IMG/VR virus record: IMGVR_UViG_3300037309_000179
Span: 1 to 64,000 of that record
Direction: 5' to 3' (one strand)
Source of the DNA: a virus
Length of the DNA: 64,000 bases
This document shows positions 8,506 to 17,798 of this stretch, in pieces. The translations under genes and the position numbers were made by a program. Numbering within the stretch: position 1 is the stretch's first letter; each line of letters opens with the position of its first letter. The notes below the pieces were generated by a model. That model worked only from the letters and a program-made list of their open reading frames with translations, was not told the origin of the DNA and made no database searches.

Positions 8506-9489
8506 ATGCCCAAGCCCATGCCCGCCACCCCGACCCGCCGCCGCGGCCTGCTGAGCGGGCTGTTCGGGGCGTCGCTCGACCCGGCGAACGGCCACCCCCG
8601 CACCGAGCCGCTGTCCGCCGGCCGGCGGGTCGGGGTGGACAAGGGGGTGGAGGTGATCTTCGGGTACGTGGTGGCCGAGGAGGGGGTGTTCAAGAGCGAG
8701 GGGCGGGGCCAGTTCACCCGCGACTCGCTGCGGACCATCCTCGACTGCCACCGCCGGGACGGCGGGGCGAAGGGGCTGAAGGTGCGGTACACCCACCCGT
8801 CGCTGAGCGAGGACGGGCTGGGCAAGTACCTGGGCCGCAGCCGGGCCGCCTGGCTGGACGCGGCCGGCGAGGTGTGGAAGGTGCGGGCCGACCTGCACGT
8901 GTCGCCCAGCTCGCACGACACCCCGAACGGCGACCTGGGCGGGTACGTGCTGGCGCTGGCCGCCGAGGACCCGGCGGCCCTGTCCAGCTCGTTCGTCCTC
9001 GACCCCGAGATCAAGTACGTGCTGAACGAGGACGGCACCCGCAAGGCCGGGCCGGACGGCGAGCCGCTGCCGCCCATCTGGTACTGCACGAAGCTGTACG
9101 CCAGCGACATCGTGGACACCGGCGACGCGGTGAACGACCTGCTGTCCGCCCACTCCCTGTCCCCGGACGGGCTGCCCGGCGGGCTGCAGCGGCGGCTGTG
9201 GAAGCAGCTGGACGACCTGTTCCGGGACGCCGGCCCGGACGTGATCCGGGCGCGGGCGGACGAGTTCCTGGCCCGGTACCTCGCGCACCGCGGCGGCGGC
9301 CCGGCCGGCGGCGGCCGCAAGACCGAGCCGGCCCCGCCCGTCGCCCCCCCCGCCCCGCCGCCCGGCCGGCCGGCGGACGAGAAGCTGCTCAAGTTCAAGC
9401 AGCGGTACGCCAACGACCTGACCCGGGTGCGGGAGGTGACCGAGCGGCTGGCCAAACTCGGACTTGCGCCCGCCCCGAACCGGCGCTAA
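8506..9489 (+). CDS. Putative prohead protease / scaffold (S78-like)
   Basis: 327 aa from ATG 8506, between portal and capsid genes. VRYTHPS..DGLGKYLGR...SSSFVL resembles HK97-type prohead protease blocks. C-terminal helical tail. Confidence 0.55.
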   Translation: MPKPMPATPTRRRGLLSGLFGASLDPANGHPRTEPLSAGRRVGVDKGVEVIFGYVVAEEGVFKSEGRGQFTRDSLRTILDCHRRDGGAKGLKVRYTHPSLSEDGLGKYLGRSRAAWLDAAGEVWKVRADLHVSPSSHDTPNGDLGGYVLALAAEDPAALSSSFVLDPEIKYVLNEDGTRKAGPDGEPLPPIWYCTKLYASDIVDTGDAVNDLLSAHSLSPDGLPGGLQRRLWKQLDDLFRDAGPDVIRARADEFLARYLAHRGGGPAGGGRKTEPAPPVAPPAPPPGRPADEKLLKFKQRYANDLTRVREVTERLAKLGLAPAPNRR

Positions 9490-9644
9490 AGGAGTGACTG
9501 ACGCACCCCGCTGGGACCGGGCGGCCTGCCAACCGGCCCCAGCCCCCGACACCTCCGCTCGCGGCCTGCCAAGAGCGCGGATGTCCGACCCCCGGAGACG
9601 GTCTCCGGCGGCCCGACCCCCGCGCCCCCACCGACGGCAGGCCC

Positions 9645-10991
9645 ATGAACGACCGCCTCATCCGCCTCCAGGCCGACCTGCAGGGCACCCAGAACGCCAT
9701 CGACGTCATCCTCGCCAAGCCGGAGCAGGAGGACCGCCTGTCCACCGAGGAGGAGATCGAGCAGGTGGAGGCCCTGCGGAAGCAGTTCTCGAACATCACC
9801 CGCGAGATCGAGAACCTGGAGCAGAAGCTGAACCAGGACCGCATCCTGGCCGCCTCCGCCGGCCGCAAGACGGAGCCGACCCCGCTCAAGGGGGACGACA
9901 AGCCGGCCCTCAAGCCGCCGGCGAAGGCGGGCGCGCTGCCGGCGGTGGCCGCCGACACCGGCAAGTGCGGGTTCGCCAACGTGGGCGAGTTCGCGCTGAG
10001 CGTGCGGGCGCACTTCGTCGGCGCCGGGTTCGACCCGAAGTTGAAGGCCCTCACCGCCAACGAGTCGGTCGGGTCGGACGGCGGGTTCCTCGTCCCCCCG
10101 GACTTCCGCAAGGAGATCATGGACCGGGTGTTCGCCGACGACAGCCTGGCGTCCATGTGCGACCAGAACCCGGTGAGCGGGAACGCCCTCAAGCAGGTGG
10201 TGGACGAGAGCCTGCCGTGGGACACCTCGCCGGGCACCGGCGGGGTGAAGGCGTACTGGGTGGACGAGCGGGACCCGATCTCCGACAGCCGCCCGGTGCT
10301 GCGGGACTTCGAGGCCAAGCTGAACAAGCTGGGCGCGCTGGTGAACGTCACCGAGGAGGTGCTGGAGGACGCCTCCAGCATGAACAACCACATCCGCAAG
10401 AAGGCGCCGGAGGCGATGCGGTACCTGCTGAACGAGGCCATCCTGTTCGGCACCGGGGCGGGCACCCCGAACGGGGTGGTGAACAGCAACTGCCGGGTGA
10501 TGGTGCCGAAGGAGGCCGGGCAGGCGGCGGACACGGTGCGGTTCGAGAACGTGTCGAAGATGCGGAACCGCATGCACCCCATCTGCCGGCGGAACGCCGT
10601 CTGGCTGATCAACCCGGACCTCGAGACGGAGCTGGAGAAGATGTTCCTGCCCACCGGCTCGACCGGGGTGGCGGTGTTCATGCCGGCCACCGGGGTGAGC
10701 CAGAGCGGGTACAGCACCCTGTACAACCGGCCGGTGGTGCCGCTGGAGAACTGCAAGGCGCTCGGGGACGAGGGGGACATCGTGTTCGCCGACCTCACCC
10801 AGTACGCGCTCATCACCAAGCAGGGCGGGGGGGTGCGGCAGGACAGCACCATCAGCCTGTACTTCGCGAACGACATCCGCTCCTTCCGGTTCATCCTGCG
10901 GGTCGGCGGGCAGCCGTGGTGGAGCAAGCCGTGGAACCGGCCGAACGGGCTGGCCCGCAGCTGCTTCGTCACCCTGGCCGAGCGCGCCTGA
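9645..10991 (+). CDS. Major capsid protein, HK97 fold, with N-terminal coiled-coil delta domain
   Basis: 448 aa. Coiled-coil N-terminus (LRKQFSNITREIENLEQKL), then SDGGFLVPPDF...ALVNVTEEVLEDAS...FGTGAGTPNGV..., typical of Phage_capsid family proteins. Confidence 0.9.
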   Translation: MNDRLIRLQADLQGTQNAIDVILAKPEQEDRLSTEEEIEQVEALRKQFSNITREIENLEQKLNQDRILAASAGRKTEPTPLKGDDKPALKPPAKAGALPAVAADTGKCGFANVGEFALSVRAHFVGAGFDPKLKALTANESVGSDGGFLVPPDFRKEIMDRVFADDSLASMCDQNPVSGNALKQVVDESLPWDTSPGTGGVKAYWVDERDPISDSRPVLRDFEAKLNKLGALVNVTEEVLEDASSMNNHIRKKAPEAMRYLLNEAILFGTGAGTPNGVVNSNCRVMVPKEAGQAADTVRFENVSKMRNRMHPICRRNAVWLINPDLETELEKMFLPTGSTGVAVFMPATGVSQSGYSTLYNRPVVPLENCKALGDEGDIVFADLTQYALITKQGGGVRQDSTISLYFANDIRSFRFILRVGGQPWWSKPWNRPNGLARSCFVTLAERA

Positions 10992-11049
10992 CGCCCGCGG
11001 CCGGGCCGCCCGGCCCCCGCCCCACCCACCCCCACCCCCCGGACCCGCC

Positions 11050-11538
11050 ATGCACGCGAACACCCGCCTCGTCGAGAAGGTCCAGCCGGTCGTCTGCTTC
11101 AGCCCGGCCGTGCCGAACAACGCCACCCCCCTGCGGGTGTCCCTGAAGAACTACCTCCGCTGCACCTTCCTGGTCCACATCCTGAACGGCGCCGCCCCGG
11201 TGCCCGGCGCCGTCACCCTGCACCAGTCGCGGACGGTCGCCGGGGCCGGGGAGAAGGCGCTCGGGTTCGCCGTCGCCCACCGCGCCCTGGACACGGCCGC
11301 CGGGGACGCGCTGGCCGAGTTCGCCGTCACCGCCAACACGTTCACCCCGGACAACACCGCCGCGAAGGGGCTGCTGTACGTGATCGACGTGCGGCCGGAG
11401 GACCTGGACGTGGCCGGCGGGTTCGACTGCGTGCGGGTCGGGCTGGCGAACGCCACCCAGGCCACCACCGCCGTCGTCGCCCTGCTCGGCCCGGCCAAGT
11501 ACGGCGGGGCGCCGCTCCCGTCGGCCATCGTGGACTGA
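11050..11538 (+). CDS. Hypothetical head-associated protein
   Basis: 162-aa ORF with ATG start directly after the capsid gene. Protein-like composition. Confidence 0.5.
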   Translation: MHANTRLVEKVQPVVCFSPAVPNNATPLRVSLKNYLRCTFLVHILNGAAPVPGAVTLHQSRTVAGAGEKALGFAVAHRALDTAAGDALAEFAVTANTFTPDNTAAKGLLYVIDVRPEDLDVAGGFDCVRVGLANATQATTAVVALLGPAKYGGAPLPSAIVD

Positions 11539-11585
11539 CCCCCGCGGGCCGGCCCGCCGGCCCCGCACCCCCGACCGAGTGACCC

Positions 11586-11825
11586 ATGCCGAAGACCCGA
11601 ACGATCCGGTTCACCGCCGACTACGCCGTCCGCGACCACGTGGACCCGGCCCTCCGCACCCGGTACGCGAAGGGCCAAACGGTCGAGGTGGGCGAGGCGT
11701 CCGCGCAGCACTTCGTGAACCGCAACGTGGCCGAGTTCGTCGAGCGGCCGGCGAAGGCGGAGCCGGCCGACCACCCGAAGGACGAGAGGAACGCCCCGCC
11801 GCCCGACGGCGGCGGGAAGAAGTGA
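11586..11825 (+). CDS. Hypothetical protein
   Basis: 79-aa ORF with ATG start, inside the head module. Confidence 0.45.
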   Translation: MPKTRTIRFTADYAVRDHVDPALRTRYAKGQTVEVGEASAQHFVNRNVAEFVERPAKAEPADHPKDERNAPPPDGGGKK

Positions 11826-11838
11826 CCGGAGGGCGGCG

Positions 11839-12408
11839 GTGCTCACCTCGTTCGCGTACCTGACGCCGGCGGCCGCCCCGCTGCTCACCCTGGCCGAGGC
11901 GAAGGCCCACCTGCTGGTGGACCACGCCCTGGACGACGCCCTGATCGCCGGGTGGGTGGACGCGGCCACGCGGGCGTGCGAGCGGTACGCCGGGCTGACC
12001 GCCGTGTCCCGCACCGCCCGGATGGAGTTCGAGGGGTTCCCGGCCGCCGGCGGGCCGCTGGAACTGTGGAACGGGCCGGTGTCCGCGGTCACCGCCGTCG
12101 GGCACGGCGACCCGGTGGTGCCCCTGACCGCCGGCACCGGGTACGGGGTGTGGCTGGCCCACCTGCCGCCGCTCGTCTGCCCGCCGGCCGGGGCCGAGTG
12201 GCCGGCGGCCGCCGGGCGGGTGCGGGTGGACTACACGTGCGGGTTCGGCACCCCCGCCCAGGTGCCGGACAGCTTCAAGGCGGCGGTCAAGCTGTGCCTG
12301 GCCCACCTGAACTTCCACCGCGGGGACGCGGCCAAGTTCAGCGAGGCCAAGATGCCGCCGGCGGCGCGGGGGCTGCTCGACCTGGAGCGGAGCGGGAGGT
12401 ACGGGTGA
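11839..12408 (+). CDS. Head-tail connector (gp6-like)
   Basis: LTLAEAKAHLLVDHALDDALIAGWVDAATRACERY matches the gp6-like connector N-terminal signature. Position fits. Confidence 0.7.
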   Translation: MLTSFAYLTPAAAPLLTLAEAKAHLLVDHALDDALIAGWVDAATRACERYAGLTAVSRTARMEFEGFPAAGGPLELWNGPVSAVTAVGHGDPVVPLTAGTGYGVWLAHLPPLVCPPAGAEWPAAAGRVRVDYTCGFGTPAQVPDSFKAAVKLCLAHLNFHRGDAAKFSEAKMPPAARGLLDLERSGRYG

Positions 12409-12409
12409 C

Positions 12410-12754
12410 ATGCCGCACGCCGGGCAGCTGAAGGAGGTGCTGGCGTTCCGCGAGCCGGTGCGGGCGGCCGGGCCGTCCGGCCAGCCGCGGGTGACGTACC
12501 GGGACGTGAAGACGGTCCGCGGGCGGGTGGTGGAGGCCCGCGGGAAGACGGCCGAGGCGCACGCCCAGCAGGCGCCGACGCACACCCACCGGGTGGAGTT
12601 CCGGTCGCGGACGGTGGCGGCCCGGCACGACTGGGTGATCGGGTGGCGGGGGCAGACGCTCCAGATCGTCGCCCTCGCCCCGCTCGCCGACGCGAACACG
12701 GACCACGACGTGGCGTACTGCGTGCTGGCCGCCGCCAGTTCGCCGGGGGCGTGA
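12410..12754 (+). CDS. Head closure / head-tail adaptor (SPP1 gp16 / HK97 gp9-like)
   Basis: 114 aa. TYRDVKTVRGRVVEARGKTAEAH...HRVEFR pattern and gene order. Confidence 0.65.
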   Translation: MPHAGQLKEVLAFREPVRAAGPSGQPRVTYRDVKTVRGRVVEARGKTAEAHAQQAPTHTHRVEFRSRTVAARHDWVIGWRGQTLQIVALAPLADANTDHDVAYCVLAAASSPGA

Positions 12755-12755
12755 G

Positions 12756-13319
12756 ATGGCCTCGCCGCTGTCCGTCGGGTTCCGGGTGACCGGCACCGAG
12801 CAGACCGCCCGCCACCTCCGCGCCCTGGGGGTGAAGCTGGCCCGCGGGCCGGTGCGGGACGGGGTGGGGGAGGCGGTGCGGCTGGTGAACCGGGCGGCGA
12901 AGGCCGTGGTGCCGGTGGAGACGGGGGCGCTCAAGAAGGCGCTCGGGCACAAGACCGGGGCGTTCAAGAACAACCTGGGGTACTGGGGGCTGGTGGGGGC
13001 GAGGAAGGACGCGAAGGAACTCGTCACCCGCCGGCGGTTCGCGTTCTACGCCGTGCGGCGGTCGAGCTGGAGCCGCCGGCCGCGGGCGGTGGTGCCGGCC
13101 AAGTACCTGCACCTGGTGATCGGCGGCACCGCCCCGCACGCGGTGGGGGCCGGGAGCAGCCTGCGGAAGGGGATCCAGCACGGCCTCCGGCACCCCGGCG
13201 CGAAGGCGAACCCGTTCCTCCCGGCCGCCGCCCGGACGACCGAGGGGGCGGCGCGGGAGGCGGTGCTCCGCCGGCTGCGGCGGGCGGTGCGGGACCGGTA
13301 CGGGGTCTGGAGGCTGTGA
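12756..13319 (+). CDS. HK97 gp10-like tail-completion protein
   Basis: AAKAVVPVETGALKKALGHK matches the gp10-family 'TG-L-k-s' motif. Gene order fits. Confidence 0.65.
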   Translation: MASPLSVGFRVTGTEQTARHLRALGVKLARGPVRDGVGEAVRLVNRAAKAVVPVETGALKKALGHKTGAFKNNLGYWGLVGARKDAKELVTRRRFAFYAVRRSSWSRRPRAVVPAKYLHLVIGGTAPHAVGAGSSLRKGIQHGLRHPGAKANPFLPAAARTTEGAAREAVLRRLRRAVRDRYGVWRL

Positions 13320-13320
13320 C

Positions 13321-13794
13321 GTGACCGACCCGCGGCTCGGCCCCATGTTCCGGGCGTGGATCGAGGCCCGCGACCCGCGGCTGGCCGGGAGGGTGTCGCC
13401 GAAGGTCGCCCCGCCCGGCCGCCCGGACCCGTACCTGGTGTACGCCCTGTCGAACCCCGACCGGGTGACGCACCTGCGGGGGCACTCCGACTCGGCCCAG
13501 AGCGGGCTGACCGGCGGCACCCTCGAACTCCAGGTGTGGAGCCGCGACTACGAGCTGGGGGCGGCGATCGCCCACCGGCTGGCCGGGCACCCGAACGACC
13601 CCGGCGGGCTGGACGGGTTCCGCGGCGGGATGGCCCACCCGGCGGTGGCCGGGTTCCCGGCGCACGGGCTGAACCTCAGCCCGGTGCTGCTGGCCGACGC
13701 CGACGAGTACGTCGAGGTGGACGAGGCGGGCCACGAGACCGGGTGGCACTGCCAGCGCTCCGAGTACCGGTTCCACTACCAGGAAGTCCGCTAA
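13321..13794 (+). CDS. Putative tail terminator / tail-completion protein
   Basis: 157 aa with GTG start 1 nt after the previous stop. Lies just before the major tail gene. Confidence 0.5.
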   Translation: MTDPRLGPMFRAWIEARDPRLAGRVSPKVAPPGRPDPYLVYALSNPDRVTHLRGHSDSAQSGLTGGTLELQVWSRDYELGAAIAHRLAGHPNDPGGLDGFRGGMAHPAVAGFPAHGLNLSPVLLADADEYVEVDEAGHETGWHCQRSEYRFHYQEVR

Positions 13795-13807
13795 CCGAGG
13801 GGACGCC

Positions 13808-14347
13808 ATGCCCGGCCTGGACACCAACTACTTCGTGGCCGGCTACGCGGTCCCGGCCCGCGCCACGCACAGCTTCGGCACCGCCTGCTTCACCCTCCCT
13901 TACACGCCCCCGACCCCGCCGGCCGTGGACCTCAAGACGTTCCTGGGGATGATGAAGTCGGTGTCGTACTCCAACCACCAGATCGCCAAGCTGGAGGTGA
14001 GCCACCTGTTCAGCCCCCTGAAGTACCGTGAGTTCATCCCGGGGTTCGGGGACGGGGGGCAACTACAGATGACGTTCCTGTACTCCGGCGCGGTGTACGA
14101 GTCGCTGTACAACGAGGTGCCGTACCTGCTCGACGGGAGCGGGGCGCTGATCAACCCGGAGTACAACCCGCCGGCGCACGGCCGCATCCGCATGGTCCTG
14201 GAGGACCCGTGGGGGAACACGCTGGCCGCCCGCGGGTTCATGCAGCCGCCGACGATCGAGGTGCCGGAGGACGGGGTGATCATGTGCAGCAGCACGTTCG
14301 AGATCACCGGCCCGCCGGTCTTCACCCGCGCCGTCGGCGCGCCGTAA
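13808..14347 (+). CDS. Putative major tail (tube) protein
   Basis: 179 aa, upstream of the chaperone/frameshift pair and the tape measure. Call rests on position only. Confidence 0.6.
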   Translation: MPGLDTNYFVAGYAVPARATHSFGTACFTLPYTPPTPPAVDLKTFLGMMKSVSYSNHQIAKLEVSHLFSPLKYREFIPGFGDGGQLQMTFLYSGAVYESLYNEVPYLLDGSGALINPEYNPPAHGRIRMVLEDPWGNTLAARGFMQPPTIEVPEDGVIMCSSTFEITGPPVFTRAVGAP

Positions 14348-14367
14348 CCCCCACCGGAGACCCCGCC

Positions 14368-14733
14368 GTGTCCCACCCCACCGGCCCGATCCCGGCCGCC
14401 CGGTTCGTCACCGCCGCCGCCCGCCGGCCGACCATCGTCATGGTCCCGTGCAACACCATCTCGGCCGCCCTGTACGTGAAGCGGCTGGACGACCCGGACG
14501 CCCGCGCCGCCCTCGCCCCCACCCCGGAAGACGCGGCGGCACCCGCCCGCCACCGCGGGCGGGTGCTGGAAGCCTGTCTGTGCTACGAGAACGGCTCCCA
14601 GGGGTTCGATGAGGCGGCGATGGACCTGATCCTAACAGCCCAGCCGGGCGAGCTGAACGCCCTGTACCAGAACGCCTGTGCGGTGAACGGGCACAAGTGG
14701 CTGGACGTGCCCCACGACCGCCAGGCCGACTGA
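14368..14733 (+). CDS. Hypothetical tail-module protein
   Basis: In-frame GTG 14368 preceded by GGAGA. 121 aa. Confidence 0.4.
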   Translation: MSHPTGPIPAARFVTAAARRPTIVMVPCNTISAALYVKRLDDPDARAALAPTPEDAAAPARHRGRVLEACLCYENGSQGFDEAAMDLILTAQPGELNALYQNACAVNGHKWLDVPHDRQAD

Positions 14734-14770
14734 CCCGCCCGCACCCCCCCCTGCCCCACCCGAGGCCCGC

Positions 14771-15118
14771 ATGAGTGCCGAGACGACCGCGTTCGCGTCC
14801 GCCGACGACTTCTTCGCCGAGGCCAGCCCGCTCGGGTTCCCGCCGGCCGAGGTGCCGGACGTGCGGGTGAACGGGAAGCCGGTGTACGTCGCCCGGCTGA
14901 CCGCCGGGGACGCCGCCGCCATGGGGAAGGAGACGGAGAACCTGCCGGAGGGGATGTACACCCCGGCGGTGGCCGCGTTCGCCGTCCGCACCCCGGACGG
15001 CAAACGCATCTTCCGCCCCGACCAGGCGACCGCCCTGGCCGCGGTGCTGGCCGACAAGCTGGTGCGGGTGGTCAACTTCTTCATGTCCGTGAACGGGTTC
15101 GGCGCCCCAAAGGGCTGA
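14771..15118 (+). CDS. Tail assembly chaperone (gpG-like)
   Basis: 115 aa immediately upstream of the tape measure. Ends 3 codons after a CCCAAAG slippery heptamer. Confidence 0.7.
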   Translation: MSAETTAFASADDFFAEASPLGFPPAEVPDVRVNGKPVYVARLTAGDAAAMGKETENLPEGMYTPAVAAFAVRTPDGKRIFRPDQATALAAVLADKLVRVVNFFMSVNGFGAPKG

Positions 15119-15492
15119 CGCCGGAGGAGGAGTTCCTGCACGACCTGGCCCGCGAGTTCGGCGAGCCGGACGTGGACGAGCTGCTGCGGAAGCTCACTCC
15201 GGCCAAGCTCGCCCGGTGGCGGGCGTACCACCGCAGGCACCCGTTCGGGGCGTACTGGGACTGGCACAAGGCGGCGCTCGCGCCGTGGGCGGCGGCCAAC
15301 CTGAACCCGTTCCGCGGGGAGGACGCCAGGCCGGTCCCGCTGTCCCTGTTCATCCCGGACCCCGACCGCAAACCGCCCGCCCCGCCGCCGGCCCACCGCG
15401 GGCTGGGCGGGCTGGCGGCGCAGGCCGGGGCGAGCGTGACCGACGTGGCCGCGTACCTGGAGGCCGGCGATGCCCTTCCCCAGCCTGGGTAA
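14771..15492 (+). CDS. Tail assembly chaperone, -1 frameshift fusion product (gpGT-like)
   Basis: The -1 frame is open from the slip site (reads PKGLTPEEEFLHDLAREFGEPDVDELLRKL...) to 15492, overlapping the tape-measure start. Confidence 0.6.
15106..15112 (+). promoter_or_regulatory. Programmed -1 ribosomal frameshift slippery heptamer C_CCA_AAG
   Basis: Zero-frame codons are gcC CCA AAG ggc tga. The X_XXY_YYZ pattern lies just before the stop. Confidence 0.65.
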
Positions 15493-17794
15493 CGTCACCG
15501 TCGGGGTGTCCGCCGACCTGACCGGGCTGGACCGCGGGCTGAAGCTGGCCGGGTCCATGCTCACCGGGTTCGCCCGGCTGGTCGGGGCGGGCGGGGCGTT
15601 CGGCCTCGGCCAGCGGCTCGGGCAGGCGGTGTTCGGGTCGCCGGCCGACTTCATCTCCGACAGCGTGAAGAAGGCGGCCCAGTACGAGACGGCCGTCACC
15701 CAGTTCGCCGTCCTGCTCGGGCAGAGCGAGCAGAAGGCGGCCCGCATGGTGGGCAGCCTCCGCCAGTTCGCCGCCGAGTCCCCGCTCACCCTCACCGAGA
15801 GCCTGGAGCAGGCGAAGAAGCTGCTCAGCGCGGGCATCGGCGAGGGGCAGATCGTGCCCACCCTGCGGGTGCTGTCCGACCTGGCGGTGGGGGACACCCA
15901 GAAGCTGCGGATGCTGAGCGTGGCGTACACCCAGGTGGTGGCCGCCGGGCGGCTGTACGGGACGGAACTCCGCCAGTTCACCGAGACCGGCATCCCGCTC
16001 ATCGAGGCGCTGGCGGCCACCATGACGGACGTGGCCGCCCGGCAGGGGAAGGTGCGGCTGACGGCGGCCGACGTGCGGGAGGAGATGGAGGCCGGGCGGG
16101 TGTCCGCCCGCGACCTGGCGGTCGCCCTGAAGGCGCTCACCGACCGCGGCGGGCAGTTCTTCGACATGACCCGCAAGGGGGCGGACACCACCATCGGGCT
16201 GATCGAGCGGGTGCGGGACGGGTGGCAGGAGTTCCAGCGGGCGTTCGGCCGGGCGGTGATCGAGGAGAGCGGGCTGAAGGAGTCCCTCCGCGACCTGACC
16301 AAGTTCGAGGCGGAGCTGGCGGGGTTCGTGGACTCGTTCCGCCCGGCCATCCGGTTCGTGGCCGACGCCGCCAAAGGCCTCGCCCAGATCATCGGCGAGG
16401 TGGCCCGGAACGGGCCGGTGGCGATGAAGGCATTCGTGGACGGGTTCCGCGTCGGCTACCCGGACGCCGCCCGGTTCTTCGACGCGGTCGCCGCCGGGGT
16501 GAAAAAGCTGCAAGACCTGCGGGCCGACCCGCAGGCGTGGGCGGACATCGCGTTCGACATGGGCGAGGCGTTCGCCGCCGCGTTCGACACCCTGTTCGGC
16601 CGCCTGGGGGCGTGGCTGGCCGACCTGCGGAAGACGCACGTCCAGCCGATCCTGGACGACGTGAACCTGATGGCCCGCACGTGGCAGGTGTCGAAGGACA
16701 TCGTGAAGGGGTTCTTCGAGCCGGTGCAGAACGCCGGGCGGGTGACCGGCAACTGGATCCGGGAGACGTTCAACACCGGGGACTCGCCGGAGACGATGGC
16801 GCTCAAGGCGGTGGCGCGGGACCCGACCCTGCCCTACGCCCGGCAGGTCGAGATGACCGCCCTCACCCAGATCGACCGCCTCCGCAGCCCGCGGAACGAC
16901 GCGGCGGATCGGGCGAACAACGAGCGGCTGGCGACCGGACTCCAGGCGGCGGCCAAGCAGGTGCGGGAGGCGGCCGCCGAGTACGAGCGGGCGCTCAAGG
17001 ACTTCGTCACCGTCAGCGGGCGGGCGAAGACGGCGGGCACGGAGAGGGACGCGGAGATGACCGCCTCGCTCATCCCGTCGTTCGAGAAGAAGCTTGTCGA
17101 GGCGCAGGCCCGCCTGTCCGACGCCGTCGCCGCCGCCGGCGGGAAACGGCTGACGGTGAACGGGGTGGAGGTCGGGGCCGCCGCCCCGGCCAAGCCGGCG
17201 AGCACGCTGCTGGCCGAGTTCCGGCAGGCGACCAAGGACGCCCTGCGGGCGCTCGCCGCCGACCGGCAGGCGAGGGGCGTCAGCCCGGCCGAGGCGGAGG
17301 CCAACGCCCGGCTCGCCCTTTTCGGCGGGGCCGCCCTGGGCACCGCCCACAGCCTCCGGAAGGTGGGCGAGTACGTCCACCCGCCGGACACCGGGGAGCG
17401 GTTCCAGGAGCTGGCCAAGCAGGTGCGGGAGCAGTTCGCCGACCCCGGCGTCGCCCTCCGCAACCGGCTGGACGACCTGCAGGCCGCCCGCGGGTTCGGC
17501 CGCATCACCGACCGCGAGTTCGCCCTCGCGTCGGCCGCCGCCGTCCGCGACGCCCAGGGGGTGCTCGGCGACCGGCGGCTGGCCCCGGCCGCCGAACTCG
17601 GCTCCCGCGAGGCGGCCGAGATGCAGTCCCGGCTGTGGGGCGGGGCCGGCGGGGACTCGCCCGCCGGCCTGCTCCGCCGGATCGCCGCCCAGCAGGCCGA
17701 GGAACTGGCCGAGGCGAGGCGGCTGACCGAGGCGTTCCAGCGGGGCAACCCGAACCTCGCCCCGGTCCTCCCGTACCTGCTGCCCATGAGGTGA
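15470..17794 (+). CDS. Tape measure protein
   Basis: 774 aa, highly helical. N-terminal tape-measure-domain-like block (QYETAVTQFAVLLGQSEQKAARMVGSLRQFAAESPLT...LRQFTETGIPLIEAL). Gene order fits. Confidence 0.85.
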   Translation: MPFPSLGNVTVGVSADLTGLDRGLKLAGSMLTGFARLVGAGGAFGLGQRLGQAVFGSPADFISDSVKKAAQYETAVTQFAVLLGQSEQKAARMVGSLRQFAAESPLTLTESLEQAKKLLSAGIGEGQIVPTLRVLSDLAVGDTQKLRMLSVAYTQVVAAGRLYGTELRQFTETGIPLIEALAATMTDVAARQGKVRLTAADVREEMEAGRVSARDLAVALKALTDRGGQFFDMTRKGADTTIGLIERVRDGWQEFQRAFGRAVIEESGLKESLRDLTKFEAELAGFVDSFRPAIRFVADAAKGLAQIIGEVARNGPVAMKAFVDGFRVGYPDAARFFDAVAAGVKKLQDLRADPQAWADIAFDMGEAFAAAFDTLFGRLGAWLADLRKTHVQPILDDVNLMARTWQVSKDIVKGFFEPVQNAGRVTGNWIRETFNTGDSPETMALKAVARDPTLPYARQVEMTALTQIDRLRSPRNDAADRANNERLATGLQAAAKQVREAAAEYERALKDFVTVSGRAKTAGTERDAEMTASLIPSFEKKLVEAQARLSDAVAAAGGKRLTVNGVEVGAAAPAKPASTLLAEFRQATKDALRALAADRQARGVSPAEAEANARLALFGGAALGTAHSLRKVGEYVHPPDTGERFQELAKQVREQFADPGVALRNRLDDLQAARGFGRITDREFALASAAAVRDAQGVLGDRRLAPAAELGSREAAEMQSRLWGGAGGDSPAGLLRRIAAQQAEELAEARRLTEAFQRGNPNLAPVLPYLLPMR

Positions 17795-17798
17795 CCCG

